A DNA stretch of 60,600 nucleotides, the filler included, from Hausera hauseri (Eukaryota): the NCBI GenBank assembly GCA_046269625.1. It is 11 parts of 11 records of this genome, joined end to end, with 100 filler letters (N's around TTAATTAATTAA, not from the genome) between each part and the next. Parts side by side here need not be neighbours in the genome. Positions count along the whole stretch, not along the records: positions 23,861 to 28,696 come from JBJURY010419254.1; positions 28,797 to 33,109 come from JBJURY010641108.1; positions 33,210 to 38,313 come from JBJURY010334270.1; 8 more parts are not named here. The stretch is one strand, 5' to 3'. Under the pieces are notes generated by a model, which saw only the letters and a program-made list of their open reading frames with translations, did not search any database and was not told the DNA's origin. Positions 23,861 to 36,927 of this stretch are shown here, piece after piece; within the stretch, counting starts at the first letter, position 1, and every line of letters starts with the position of its first letter. Made by a program: the position numbers and the translations under genes.

Positions 23861-26036
23861 CATAATTTACTGGGACTAATGTCCAGTCCATAATGGTTTC
23901 TTTATCTAAGTCGGGAATCTCACTTTCCCTTTGGTAAACTTGATATTGCATTTGAAACATTATTTTAATGTGGTTGTTCACAGGAACGGACAGCTTTTCA
24001 GTCCTTTTGGACCTAAAAATTGGGGTTAAATAATTTCCTATGCTGAGGTTTTCCCAAGCGTATACTCCATCTGGTATTTCTTGTATTCCAGCGTTTTTCA
24101 CACAGAACATCGCTTCCTTTATTTTCTGATGGCTACAATATTCGGCCGTTACGAGTAGTCTGGAAAATTCTTTGTTCGTGGAAAAATGCACATTTTTTTT
24201 GATCTTTTCTTTTTCAAGACGTTCACTTCCCTGATAACGATATCGTTGTCTGATTTCCTCCTTTGGGTTTGAGTTCTAGTTTTCTTTTTATCTCTTCGGA
24301 GTGCATTTCTTTTCTTTTATTCGGGGTTTCTGTGCTCGGAGATTCCTTTTTTATTATTTCGTTTTGAGTTTCTGTCTTTTCAGGCTTTTTAAGTTTTGCA
24401 ACTACGGTTATCTTCGCCATTATTCTTCTTTTTGAATAAGTATTCGTATAGGGATAGTTTCCTTTTTCCCATGGAAAATATAGCTTCTTCTTCACCTTTT
24501 CGGTTTCTTTCGGATTTCTTCAGTACCTTGAATTCTTCTTGATCCTTGGATCTTTGCTTGACCGGCTCTGAATTTGGACTTTGATTGGTGCTGGGGTAAT
24601 TGTTTGTCGTGATGATTTGCTTCGGTTCAATTTTCTAAATTGTAACTAGGTAACTGTCCCCTGTTGTTGATTCAACCGTTCTGACGGAGAAATAAGGCCT
24701 AAAATGCCTTCTGTGTTTGAAACTTAATCCTTCGGGGTTTGTTGTGCTTGTCAAATTTTGTCTAGGGTTATCTGGAGTCCATTCGTGTTCCCATTTAAGT
24801 CCAGAATATATCTCTTAGATATTGGGAACGTTGACTCGCTGTCAAGAGTCTGCTAATTCGAACGTGTTCTCCACTCATAGCCTCCAACATTAGCTTAAAT
24901 CGGCCTTCTGCTGTCGGTGGTAAATAACCATTTCTTTTGCTGACGGTCTGTTCCATCTGCTGCATTACTACTGGGTAAGTCTCGATTTCTCTAACTCCAC
25001 TCACGTGGGTATCAGGTAATTTCAACTTCTTCATAATTCTTTCTATTTGATATCCAACAAGTATACTTCCATCCAGGCAATGGATTAATTCTTCGTGAAC
25101 TAATTCGCTGCCTCTGCCGTTAACTAATTGCTCCTTTTTGATTCCAGTAACTTCTGAAAAAGTTTTTCATACTTTCTTCTTAGGGCTAATGATTTCTGCA
25201 TAGAGTTCGGTTCCTCCTAGTTTTCGTATTGATACTCCAATTGGAACGTCATTTCCTTCGTCTGTTTCTCCGTAATTAACAGTAATAATCCTGGCATTTT
25301 TATCGTCTTGGACTAATTTGAAGGAGTGCAGGTGGTCGTCTTGATCATCTTCCGTTGGTCTTTGAATGAATCATAGTGGTGATAACTGAATAAATGGAGC
25401 GTATTCATAACATACTTCTATCATAAGTTTGACAGGCAGTGTGGCAACTCGAAATTCTAATTCACAATTGTAATGGTGGAAATCTGCGCTATTGATTAGA
25501 AAAGTACTGTATCTATGCTGACGTCTTTGTGCAGAATCCCAATTTTGATCTTTTAACCTATAATAGATTTCTCTGTCCGCTAAGTGAATAAATATATTCT
25601 GGTGATATACTGGTTCATATTGAACGAGTTGTTTTAATGCCTACGCTCGTACGTCCTTATCTTCTCTCATTGCGTATAATCGTACTGTCCGGTTCTCCTC
25701 GTTACTGCCTTTTAAGTTATTTGGGACCTTACGTGTTCGTTTGTATTCTACGAATTGCTTTCCGTGTAGTTCGTTATTGATTTGTCGGAATATTGACTTA
25801 GATTTAGGGATTAGTACTGTGGCACAATTCTGTAGGAAATCGTCGATGCTACGTCGGCTGTTTCCTGAATTAAATTTCTGGGCTTGATCGTCGATACTAC
25901 GTCGGCTGCTTCCGGAATCCATCTGGATTCTTATCAATCTAAACAATAGACAGTAAGGGTTAATCTTACAACAAAGCATAGTTTTGAACCAAAACCAATT
26001 CTTTGTTTGATGATAGAAGAACCCGACCTGTAATTG
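23861..26036 (-). pseudogene. Second copy of the long accessory ORF (homolog of 5243-7436), broken
   Basis: Shared blocks RRSIDxFLQ, IPxSKSIFxQINNEL, EIYYRLKDQxWDS, DFHH, LPVKLM, EVTGIxKEQLV, EYxSHQKIKEAMF. Confidence 0.8.
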
Positions 26037-26039
26037 TCA
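25955..26039 (-). promoter_or_regulatory. Candidate readthrough element UGA-CAA-UUA + stem-loop (copy 2)
   Basis: TGA CAA TTA CAG then an open frame into ORF 25641-25979; hairpin AACAAAG/CTTTGTT and TGGTTTTG/CAAAACTA. Confidence 0.65.
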
Positions 26040-27284
26040 GGTTATTTTATCATAGACATATTCTTGGGGTTCCCATACCCTTAATTCCCGTTCTACGATT
26101 TTAGTACGCTTAGTTCGACAATTTACGGTAACTAATCGAAATATCGCGATACATATTATAAATACAAGCGTTGACAGACTTACGATCATTACTATGGATA
26201 ATGTAGTCAACTTTTCGGGTTCATTAATCATTGTCTCAGTAGTAGTTTCTTGTCTTGTGTTTTTGTCTGCATGTGGCGCTATTTGCATTTCTGCTAAGGT
26301 TTGTATTGTAAACGTTTGACTCTGAGTATCTTTTGCATGTGTTTGGATTATATATTCCGTCTTGAGTTTTAACGAGTTACATTTGGCGTGATGTGAGCCT
26401 TTCCATAAGGTTGTTTTCACAGTTTTATACATCGTACGGCAATATATTTCGACATTATAATTAAGCTTCTCTTCTACTGAAAATAGTACTTTGTGTTGCT
26501 GTATAGAGCATTTTACAGGAATCTTAAGCCATTTCTTTTTGTTCATCTCGCTTGTTGTAGTAAGCTTACCAATGGTGCTTATTAGAGTAGTCCACTTCGT
26601 CGTCGTCGTTTCGATTGGAATTTTCCAGATTCCACTGTCTGGATGATATCTTCCTAAATAAATACTTGATTTATTTATTCTGATTCCATAGAGGTCAAAA
26701 TGAATCCTATATTCATGACCTGCTGCAATTTTACAACAAATCCTAAGATCTGTGATCTTTAGACTACAATATTCAGGCGTTGGACTTGACTCCTTTAATT
26801 TGGTAAATTGGATTGAGATTTCTTGTTTACTGGGCAATCTTCCTTTTGTGTCTATTTGGATACATTTGCCGTTCTTATTAGCAGAAATTTTGACTATATT
26901 TTCATTTAATACCCATTTGATGGGGTCCATCGATTGTACTATGTCATCGAGTTTCGTTATGTTAGCCCGTTCTTTAGCTGGTATGACTAATTTTACTTGC
27001 GGTCTTATTGCTCCTTGAGTGTGCTCATAGTTTTTGTAATACATTCGTATGGTAAAGGTATAAGTGTCTCCATAATTTACGACACAACAATTTTCTTGAG
27101 CTCCATATGGAAAATCACAATGAGTCATTACTCGTTTATTAGCGTTCCATAGGACTACTTGGTATCTTACCGATTTTTTCACGGCTCCGTCCGTCTTAAA
27201 TAACAGACAATCTCCTTTTGAGTCTATACTTTGGACTTTAAAACGATCTAAAGTGTTTAAATCATTTCTTTTTATTCTTATCAA
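26037..27284 (-). CDS. Retroelement-encoded type I membrane protein with about three FN3-like repeats, Thr-rich stalk, TM and YxxI tail
   Basis: Repeated strand motifs NYGDTYTFTIRM, AAGHEYRIHFDL, LKLKTEYIIQTHA; TM LSIVMIVSLSTLVFIICIAIF; tail YVYDKIT. Confidence 0.65.
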   Translation of the reverse strand: MIRIKRNDLNTLDRFKVQSIDSKGDCLLFKTDGAVKKSVRYQVVLWNANKRVMTHCDFPYGAQENCCVVNYGDTYTFTIRMYYKNYEHTQGAIRPQVKLVIPAKERANITKLDDIVQSMDPIKWVLNENIVKISANKNGKCIQIDTKGRLPSKQEISIQFTKLKESSPTPEYCSLKITDLRICCKIAAGHEYRIHFDLYGIRINKSSIYLGRYHPDSGIWKIPIETTTTKWTTLISTIGKLTTTSEMNKKKWLKIPVKCSIQQHKVLFSVEEKLNYNVEIYCRTMYKTVKTTLWKGSHHAKCNSLKLKTEYIIQTHAKDTQSQTFTIQTLAEMQIAPHADKNTRQETTTETMINEPEKLTTLSIVMIVSLSTLVFIICIAIFRLVTVNCRTKRTKIVERELRVWEPQEYVYDKIT

Positions 27285-27296
27285 TTTATTCTTCGT

Positions 27297-27722
27297 TTAT
27301 TGGCGCAATTGTTGTATTAATCCTCCTTGAGCATTGGCCTTCGGAATAATTGAGGCTTTCAGTGATAGTGATAAGACTATCTGTAAATAAGACATGGGTC
27401 TGGTAACAATAGACGAAGTTTTGGTTTTCTTTCCTTCTGTTTTCGGGTTCGCTTTTGTATCGTTAGTGCGTAATTGATATCGTTTTTCTGGCCTTATTTC
27501 CGTCTTCACCACTCGTTGTATTGACACAACTTCTTCCTTCCCGTTTTTACTAATAGAAACAGTGGTGGGTGTTACTCTGATAATTTCGTACGGTCCTCGT
27601 CCAGTACGCGTAAGTTTTAACGATGTGCCTTTCTTCGCTACGGGATAGTGTACATAAACCCAATCTCCGTTTCTTAGATCATGTGGTTTCGCGTTTTTGT
27701 CATACTGCTTCTTAAAGCTCAT
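27297..27722 (-). mobile_element. Gypsy integrase C-terminal (GPY/F) region followed by a signal-peptide-like segment
   Basis: KKQYDKNA..LRNGDWVYV..KLTRTGRGPYEII; then MSYLQIVLSLSLKASIIPKANA; same frame as 26037-27284. Confidence 0.8.
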
Positions 27723-28796
27723 GCAGCAGGACGAAGCACTTCTTTACACGCCTTAAGATGAGCCGCCGGAGCCCTGACCGTGTGAAAACCAGTATTGGTT
27801 TGACCGACATAAATAGGAGGCAGATTTAAGCAAAAAGCCCAACTCGTCTTTCCTGAGCGTGTTCCCTGAAGTAGTTGAAGAGGCCAGGAATAAGAATGCC
27901 ATTTGCATATTCACAACATGACTTGCCGGAGTCAAAGGAAACTTTGCCTCGCTATAAGCCTTGGGTGCTCGTGGTCCACGGTTTATTTTGTTTGTCTCCT
28001 AAATGCACCGCCGAGCACCTCAAAAATCGAAGATGAAAAATCGAAAAAAAAATATTAGACTTGCCAGTCATCGTCATCATCGTCATCATCAAGTGACTTA
28101 ACAATCACTGCTCGGGAAAAAAACAATGAAATCTACCAAGGCGGAGTTCCTCACTGGTGTCAATGAGATCGATTCTGATCCGAGGTTCTCCAGAGTGGAA
28201 GCGAACGGAGAACTTATGGATATGTATCCATGTGCAAAGATGTTGACCCTTCTACTCAACTAAAACCAACAAAACCAAACTAATAACAGTGAGAAGAAAG
28301 GTGGTATAAGTATAAAGCAACATCAACTATAACCTGACTTTCTAAACCTCATAGAAATCCTAATTCCTATTACTTTCTTCTATAAATGATTTATAAATTG
28401 TAGGTGTAAGTTATTGGGACAGATGACCAATGGACTTAATGCATGAGAAGCAAAACACAACTTGCATTTTACTGTTCAGTGAGCTGGTATAAGTTTTGAA
28501 ACAAAAAATGTCACCTTGCATTTCTAAAATCCCTCCCTAATCTACTCAAAATAGTTAGATTCTTTGTTAAGCCATATTTCACAAATTCCTTTGGTTCAGT
28601 TCATGTATTAACTGAGTTTACCGTTTTTTTTTTCTGTAATGGAACAATCTCATAATATTTGGCTTCTCAAAGAATATGTAATTTGCATAACTTTTCNNNN
28701 NNNNNNNNNNNNNNNNNNNNNNNNNNNNNNNNNNNNNNNNTTAATTAATTAANNNNNNNNNNNNNNNNNNNNNNNNNNNNNNNNNNNNNNNNNNNN

Positions 28797-30060
28797 TATA
28801 CCTGGCCGTCCTTGTAGTTTATCTGCCTTTCCGTCAGTCCTTTAAGGAAAAGATCCCCTCTTCATGGAGGCTCTCTTTTTAACTTTCTGTAAATCGAACT
28901 TGTTTGTTTCTGTCGCAAAACATTTCCATTTTTATGAACCTCCTTACCTTTTCCTCTGTTCTTTCCTTTATTTCTTCAATACCCTGTCCGATCCTTTCAA
29001 TATTTTAGGAGCCTTTAGAGTTGTTTAATGTAATGCCCCGACTAGCTCCACTTCTGTCGAGGCTCTGCATTTTGGGTTTGTAGACTCTGTGATGGATTCT
29101 TCGTAGTCCTCGGCAATATCTGCAACGTATGCGTGCCTGCTGTTCGCCCTCTCTCCATATCTTTTCTGACTATACCCCGCACTTTTGAAATTGTCGATAT
29201 ATGTATTTTTTTCTCTTCTGCTCTTGTCCAATTTTGTATAGCAGTCTTCTTTCCTGTGCCCTCTATTGTGACATCTATTGCATTTTATGTTTATATAATT
29301 TTGCCTTGTGTGTCCTTGCTGACCACATCCATAGCATATTATGGGTTTCCTTTCCGGGCAATTCCTGTTAATGTGCCGTTTTTTCCCTCAACCAAAACAT
29401 CTTGGTGCATGTTATAGGTTGCATGCCCTACTTGTGTGCCCGTCATTTTGGCACGACCACAATTTCATCGTACTCTGCCTGCGTATTGCGCAGCTTGAAA
29501 TCCTTTCCTTCACCGCCACATCCTGGTAACTCCGTCGACACTCTCTAGTGTATTCTCTGACTGTGTTTATCTCTTCCGTCTTTGTTGCCACTTCGTGGAC
29601 CTTCCGTATTTTCTTTTTGATTTGCTCCATGATGTTTTCGTCACTGCAATAGATTTCCTTTCTCATCTCTGGATTGTCGCAAAATTGGATCATCAATTCC
29701 TCTGTTAGGGCTTCCAATGTTATTTTGTGGCTAAGAATGCTCTTCGCCAATTGTTCAATTTTGTTGAAGTAGGCGTCCGGCTCTGCCCCTCATTCTGTAG
29801 TTCAAGGCCTCATGCAAATCTCCGCACCGCGTTGTGGGTTTTAAAAATGCTTTTCTCAACCGGTTTTGGTACCTTTCACTTTCTGGTTCACCAGATTGTA
29901 TTTTTCCTGTGCTTCATCCGCCATCAGACACAGGATCGCAGTTTCCTGGTCCGTCTCCGACATCTTTATGAAGTCGAAGTATCTCTCACACTTTCCAATA
30001 AAGGTTTCCACGCTGTTACCTTTCTGGAATTCTTTCGGCATCAATTTCTTCTCGAAGACG
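28797..30060 (-). mobile_element. Family B gag, second degenerate copy
   Basis: MMPKEFQKGNSVETFIGKCERYF homologous to 9395+; knuckles SCQNDGHTSRAC and CYGCGQQGH. Confidence 0.85.
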
Positions 30061-31554
30061 TCTCTTAAAGCGTTGAAGCACGTATCATGTCACGAGTGAT
30101 GATGTTTGAAACTCGATGAAAATTTTGTTGGTATTTGCCACACAACCTGTATCTAAATGATGACATGATGGCGTAATGCATAATATTTAATATATACATA
30201 CTACTGATGTATTTGTCAGTAGTATCAAATGTCATTTACTAATCTATATATAGTATGTTACATTTCAGGTTACTAAATCAATTATTGATTGAATGATTTC
30301 ATTTCAACGGGGGAGTTAGACAATTCATAAATTTATCAATTAAATGATCCAGACTACGGTTAATATAACCCACCTCATGGTGTATGTTTGACCACACTGG
30401 GTAAAATTAAATGGTCTGTGAATGGTCTAACTCCCACTTTGAAATTACAATGATGTCAGAAGTACAGATCATACTCTACCGTCTCATGCATTTCGGAATG
30501 GCTTGATTATCGGACATTCGAATGCAATGCAGGGTTGGAGGATTGCTGATTCTGTGATTCGCGGAACTTTTTACGTTTTTATTTCCTTGTAAATAATGTA
30601 CGGGTAACTATTGTTAAAGTTAAAACGGATGTCGATGATTTTACCACAAAAACAATATTAAATCCCATTATGATAACATACTGCATTCTAATATACTGCA
30701 TTTTTGTTTTAATGCATCAATTGAATGAAATTAATAAATCCGCCAAATTTAATTCATCATCTAGAAATTCACAGTGAAGCAACATATGCGCACCAGAATT
30801 TATCAATTCGCAAATATTCGAATTGTGAACCGATATGCGAACTTCTGACGTCATAATCGGACTCCCCATACATGTTTTCCTATCTATCTATGCTTAAAGA
30901 TTTATCGATTCTTGTACCCCACAGTTTGAAAATCAAGTTAATTAAAGCGCGTGCACACACATTTGTGAAATTTTCAATGTTAATTTACTCGGTAAGGATT
31001 CATCGAACATGGTCTATTTTATTTTTTATGCAAGGTTTTCACAGATGTGGAATCGAATAAAACCATCAGATTCTTAGAACAATGTACTCCTGATCGAGTT
31101 TTTGAGTTCGAATAGCTTTGTATTCGACTTGTAAGCTCGAATTAGAATACATGATACCATATTCCGATTTGCCATGCACGACTTCCTATCCCGCCCGCTT
31201 ATAGATTTATCGATTTCTACTTCAGTGGGATTCAAATTCACATTTTGCTTAATTCAGAATATTGACTTTGTATCTATATAGTACATTTTAATGCAATAAT
31301 TTTTATGCATTAGGGGTTTTCCGCTGTTAGAGTTCCGCTGTTAGATTTTTTGAATAGTTCGATATTCGATATTCGGGCGAAAATTTTTTCGAATTTCGAA
31401 TATGTAACTCGATATTTGAAATCTCCATAGTCGACTTCCAATCTGTCCCCGATAATTATAATACCGAATTTCGCTTTCTTGGGGCCTAAAAGCCTATGGG
31501 AAGTCTGCCTCAGTTGCATTTTTTATCGATATTATTCAAAATCGGCTGGATAAA

Positions 31555-32340
31555 TTTAAATTCTAACTTCACATTCATATAGTGCATCGTATTTCCAATC
31601 GATCCCACCAGGTCACATATCCTATTCATCAATATTGAAAATATCGGAAATCCGATATTATTGGTTTTTGCACACTTACACACGAGTTTTTGCACTGTGT
31701 GGTGTACATCATGGTACATCTCGATGTTCTCTATCTACCTGCACTTGACACCGATCGATTCCATCAATCCTAGGCTGCACAATGACCAATATGCGAAAAG
31801 TGAAAAAGTGCCTTGGAAACCGTATCCAAGAGCACAGCTGACTAGAGTACTTTACTGATCGATAGTACATCAAGTACTGCACCCGCCGATATATGTGCCA
31901 TATTGATATTATTGATTTTCAATTTTTAGCGGAAAGGCCTATTTATGTACTGTCCCAGTTGGTAGTTATTCGAAAACCAATCAATATATTTAAATTCTAA
32001 CTGCAGATGCACACAGTGCATCATGTATGCTACCGATTGCACCCGGTGCCGGGTGTAAATAATGAATATTGGGAATATCGGAAATCTTATATTATTGATT
32101 TTTGCACACCACATGTGCTGCACAATTGCACGGTGCACCAATCTATGAGCACTGATGTGCACTATCGATTAGCGCTTTGTCCCGATCGACTCGATAAACA
32201 CTGCACTATGCAGCGATCGATTTGTGAAATGTGCAAAAATGTGCTTAGCAACGGTGCCTAGCGGCACCATCGCCTAGCACTCTACCGATCGATAATGCAC
32301 AGCGTGCACTATCGACTGAGACATGTGCACTATCGATTTA
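31555..32340. repeat. Diverged tandem repeat with a period of about 430 bp
   Basis: tttaaattctaact...aatatcggaaatc..tattattg.tttttgcacac at about 31555 and about 31989; ORFs 31510-31719 and 31926-32162 are paralogous. Confidence 0.7.
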
Positions 32341-34820
32341 TAGATGCGCACACACCCCCGGGGGGATGTGCCAGAATCCCCATTTTTACTGTACTACCGA
32401 CCGCACCACTAAACTTGCCGTTGTCGATTTTACCACAAACCGTTCATTTCCCGACGGTAACATCAATGGTTCATTGAAATTCACCACTTTTCCTTTCGCT
32501 TGCTTTTTGTCTCTTTGACCGACTTCCCACTTTTTTCAAACACGCGAACCCCATGTTTCCCACATCATTCGAACGCCCATACTATACTCTACACTTTCTC
32601 TTATCCATTCCTGCTCAAATTTTGCTTCGGGAAAAAGTTCGTTTTTTTTTTGCATTTCCCGGATTTGTCTTTAGCGACACGCAAAAACCGACCTTACCAT
32701 TCAACTCGCCGTTGTCGAATTGACCAATCAGCATGCGAGCGTTACGTGGTTGGTCAGTTGGTGCGTGGGTGGATTCCCACCCATGTCCTTGTTCCAGATT
32801 CATCTTTTTTCCTCTACTATCTTGTAATAAAAATATTGTGAATGCCATATTTTTGTAAATTTTTATATATATATGTGCCAAAAACATTTAAGTATTACAT
32901 CAACCTTTACATTAATTTTTATAAATTTCGTTAATATTTCTACCAGATACTTTATTGTTCAATGGAAAATAGTTAATAAAAATAATTTACTTAATATTAC
33001 AACACTTTTGTAGATATCGAAGTTGTTACAATATACATATCCCGTTTCGGTGAACTAAACAATAGTTACTTATATGATGTCATTCAAGGAACACTGCATG
33101 GGTAAAATTNNNNNNNNNNNNNNNNNNNNNNNNNNNNNNNNNNNNNNNNNNNNTTAATTAATTAANNNNNNNNNNNNNNNNNNNNNNNNNNNNNNNNNNN
33201 NNNNNNNNNCGAATTATGTCGGCCTTTAACATTCGTTCTACCTCTTTCGTTATTTCTGGTCTCAATGAATGAGGAGGTGGATACCATTTAGGCATTTTCT
33301 GTTCCTCTAGATTGATTTCATCGTTGGAACAGGGTTTCTTCCTTAACGGGAATTGTTAATCTCAGGGCTTTTGCTCTGCCTGTGTCTTCCTCATTTTGTG
33401 CGATTATTGACCGGTACTTACATAGTAATTTGTAGAACTTTCAATATGCCTAAGGAGAGAATTTGGTTTCAACATGAGTTGAAAATTTAGCACACTTGTA
33501 TGGTTTCTCCTCTATTGTCACTGCCGATACTCTGTACGTATGACCCAAGGTAGCATACAATCTTACTCAGTTTGGCGCGTTGTTCACTAATTTGATAGGT
33601 ATTCGTCCCGTCATTATTCTACATAGAATATTGCTAAACATAAGATTTGGGTCAATGTTCTCTTAAGGCTCGAAGTATATTGGGCGATCCTCGTCCTGTC
33701 GAATCTGTGAGAAAATTATCATTTCAGTTTTAGGCGGAATGTCTTTATCTACCGGAATCCATAATTCGCCCGATTTCCTTTCCTTTATTACTTTTGTCTC
33801 TTTTATAGTTTCGAGCACAATTAATTTTCCGTTATGCACATCGATTGCCATGCCCGGCATTTGTTTTAATATATCACAACCTAGTACTACATCGTCTGTT
33901 AACTGGTCCATTATCGCAAGTTTATGTTGAAGTGCTTGGCCCATCATATAAACGGTAGGAGTCCATTTAACTTTCGACTTCGATACTTGCCCAAATGCCC
34001 CTGCGCTACCTGGATCCGATAATGCGGGTGGACATTGCTGGTCTCGCAATGTGGTTGGTATAGATTCATATTTTATAAACGATTTTTCTGATCCGGTGTC
34101 GATTAATGCATACCCTTCCCAATCTTCGATGTGTATTTTAGCGAAGGATCTTTCTTCTGCTACTGTTCCGTAGCAATTTGACACTATCTTTGATTGTTTT
34201 ATTGTGGAGATTCTATATCCATTTATCGTTATTTCTGGCGATGAAATGATATCTTGTTTTAATTGTATTTACTCTCCGTTCGGGTACAAGTTATTGTTTG
34301 TTATTTTAATAACGCGACTGTCGATGAGCGGTTCCTGGAGTAGTAGACTCGAGATCGAACACATTTTTGGGTTTTCTCAGATTGTTGATTTCGATTCTAT
34401 GTGACGCGGTATTCTTTTTGAGTACAATATTCCGTGGTCGTTTTCGGTTGGTCTTTGGTTGATAACATTCATTTTCCGTAGTACTCTGTATTGTTTTGTT
34501 TTTTCATAAGGAACTTCATAATTAATGGGCTTTTGATAGTTTTCGGACCTACGTGATACAATTGAATTGCGGTCGCAGTCTTCATATACTGGTGATGTTG
34601 GTGGAATGATGGGTAATGGCGCGTTAATCACTGAATACATCTTGTGCATCTTCATTCTGGAGCTCACTTCTCTTCCCTTAGGCTCGTCAGCATCTGAATC
34701 ATCCTTTCGTATCATTGCTTTCTTATTTTTACGTTTATTGAGAATCGACGGCCCCCCTCGCCGTTTGCGATTATAGTACCCGACGTGGCGTTCTACGTCA
34801 TTTTTCCATCGGTTCTCTTC

Positions 34821-36650
34821 TTAGGCCTTGAGCATTTTCCCGAAGGGCGTGATAATTTCAGTCAAAATTTTGCAGGAAAATCCTGTTAAGTTGAATATTT
34901 TATAGCCGTTGATGATGGCTTGGATCACTGCTTTGATTACTTTGACTAAAAAGTAAATGGCTAGGAATCCAGATGCGGCTCGTCCAAAAATTAGAAACCT
35001 TCCCCAAATCTTATACAGTATTTTTGAAGTTACCCTTTGATAGTGATTAGCGCCGAGTAACGATTCCCATTTCACTTGGAAGCGGGTGTCATCCATGACC
35101 ATTGACATAGCCCAATTCAGTTCATAAGTTCTTTGGCGTGGAAATGCTAAGAATTGCTTAAATGCTTCTATGTCTTTTGGTCTATAAATTCCTTTATTAG
35201 CCGTGTCCTCAAACTTCTCTTCTGATAATCCCTTTATTAAATTTGTCCCAGTTAGTTTACTAGGGCCTGCGGCAGCGCCTCCATTGGGCAAACGTATCCA
35301 GTCGGTTCCACTACGTCGGAACATGGGTTCACCTAGACTCGTCTTACATTATTTCAGTACTGCTGGTTCGGTTGAGTTTGCCGATAATACTCTGGTGAGT
35401 GGCATCGCTAGTCTTGGCATATTCTCATAGATGACCGGTAATTCTTGCATACATCTTTTCTCTTCTACGTTGATTTGTACGTCTCTTTTCTCGCATGCAT
35501 ACGTTAATAGGACTTCTTCGGTATCTCGTCCAAAAACGTCTTCCTTCATTGGTATAATTGGTGATGCTAGTTCTGGGTTGGCATAGATTAAGGCCAGCTT
35601 GGTTCTCATGACTTCAGTATCTAATCTGCAGTCATTTGTTATCATTTTGTGGTATAGTTCTGCTATTCCGGTCTGTTCTTTGAAACAGAAATAGTCGTCT
35701 CGATTCTTGAGATTATCCTCAATCCGTATGTCTTGCGTTTTCAAATTATACGTTTTCATGTTGATTTCAGTTTCTGCCACGAAAAATGCTTCGTAATTTG
35801 TGGCATACATAATTACATCGCAGCGTGTAAACATTTCTTTTCTAAGAAACTTCAATCCATGTGCGTCCGATATCAATGTCGTCGGTGTGAGATGATCTAT
35901 AACATTTTCCCTTGATCTAGTATTTGTGTGTAACTTATCTGTATAACGTTTTACGCTTGTCTCATTAAACTTTAGTTCTTTGATTTTAATGAAGTTACAA
36001 TCTCTCTTGGAGGGTGGGCTCCATTCAACGACTGAACTTCTGAACGTGCAAGCTCCATCTTGAATGTGACAGTTTTGATTTTCAGTGAATAGCTTGGTAA
36101 CACTATAAAACATCGCTTTTAAAGATCTTAATTCGGTTTCATAAAAGTCCACGACTACTATTCCTCATTCTATTCTGTTCCCTGTGTCATATTTTCCTCC
36201 GACACAATAACCGGTATGCATGTTCAATTTTCCTACTGCCACTTTGTAGGCTCTAATTATTTTCTATTCTTAGGCTTCCAGTTCCATGCTGTCCCAGACC
36301 ATTTTACCTGTTAACCGGGCTCCTAAACAATGTTGTGTATCTACGTTCATTGGAATCAATGGAGTGGTCGGTTTAATTATTGAAGAATGCCCGTGCATAT
36401 TGCCACAATGAAAAATGCTGCGAGAGCTCCGTATCGTGCATTCTGTCGCATCCATTGCGATTAATTCACGTTGTTGATATAATATGTACCTTTTTTGTCT
36501 CGAGTTTATGAGGTCTCGCATCTTCGTATGTTTCTAAGTCCATTAAGGAATATTTCTGACCCACTTTGAACTTATCGCAATTATATACGGTAACTGCCCC
36601 TAACTGCTTCACTAGCATCATTATCGTCACCAAGTTGATTAACCAAATGG
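34821..36650 (-). pseudogene. Chuvirus-like glycoprotein (env-like), broken by stops and frameshifts
   Basis: Signal-like IWLINLVTIMMLVKQLGA then VTVYNC; ECTIRSSRSIFHCGNMHGHS; TM WGRFLIFGRAASGFLAIYFLVKVIKAVIQAIINGY. Confidence 0.8.
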
Positions 36651-36927
36651 ATTCGTTTTCTTTGTTCGGAGAGATATTTCGTATGATGTCTTCTAAGTTA
36701 TTAGTCCCTTTTGAATTATCCTCTTTTTCAAATAATTTAGTCCATTTTATTTCCTTAGGTACTCTTCTTGCAGCTTTTCTGGCTAATTCAATTGTCTTGT
36801 CAAATTCATTTTCCCGAAAAGGGTTAGTTTTTAATGCCAGATATATCAAGACTTTCCTTAATTCTTCCATCGTATTGTCTATCGTAATTCTTTCAATTAC
36901 TGTTTCCTCAGTGAGAGTGCTTTTAGA

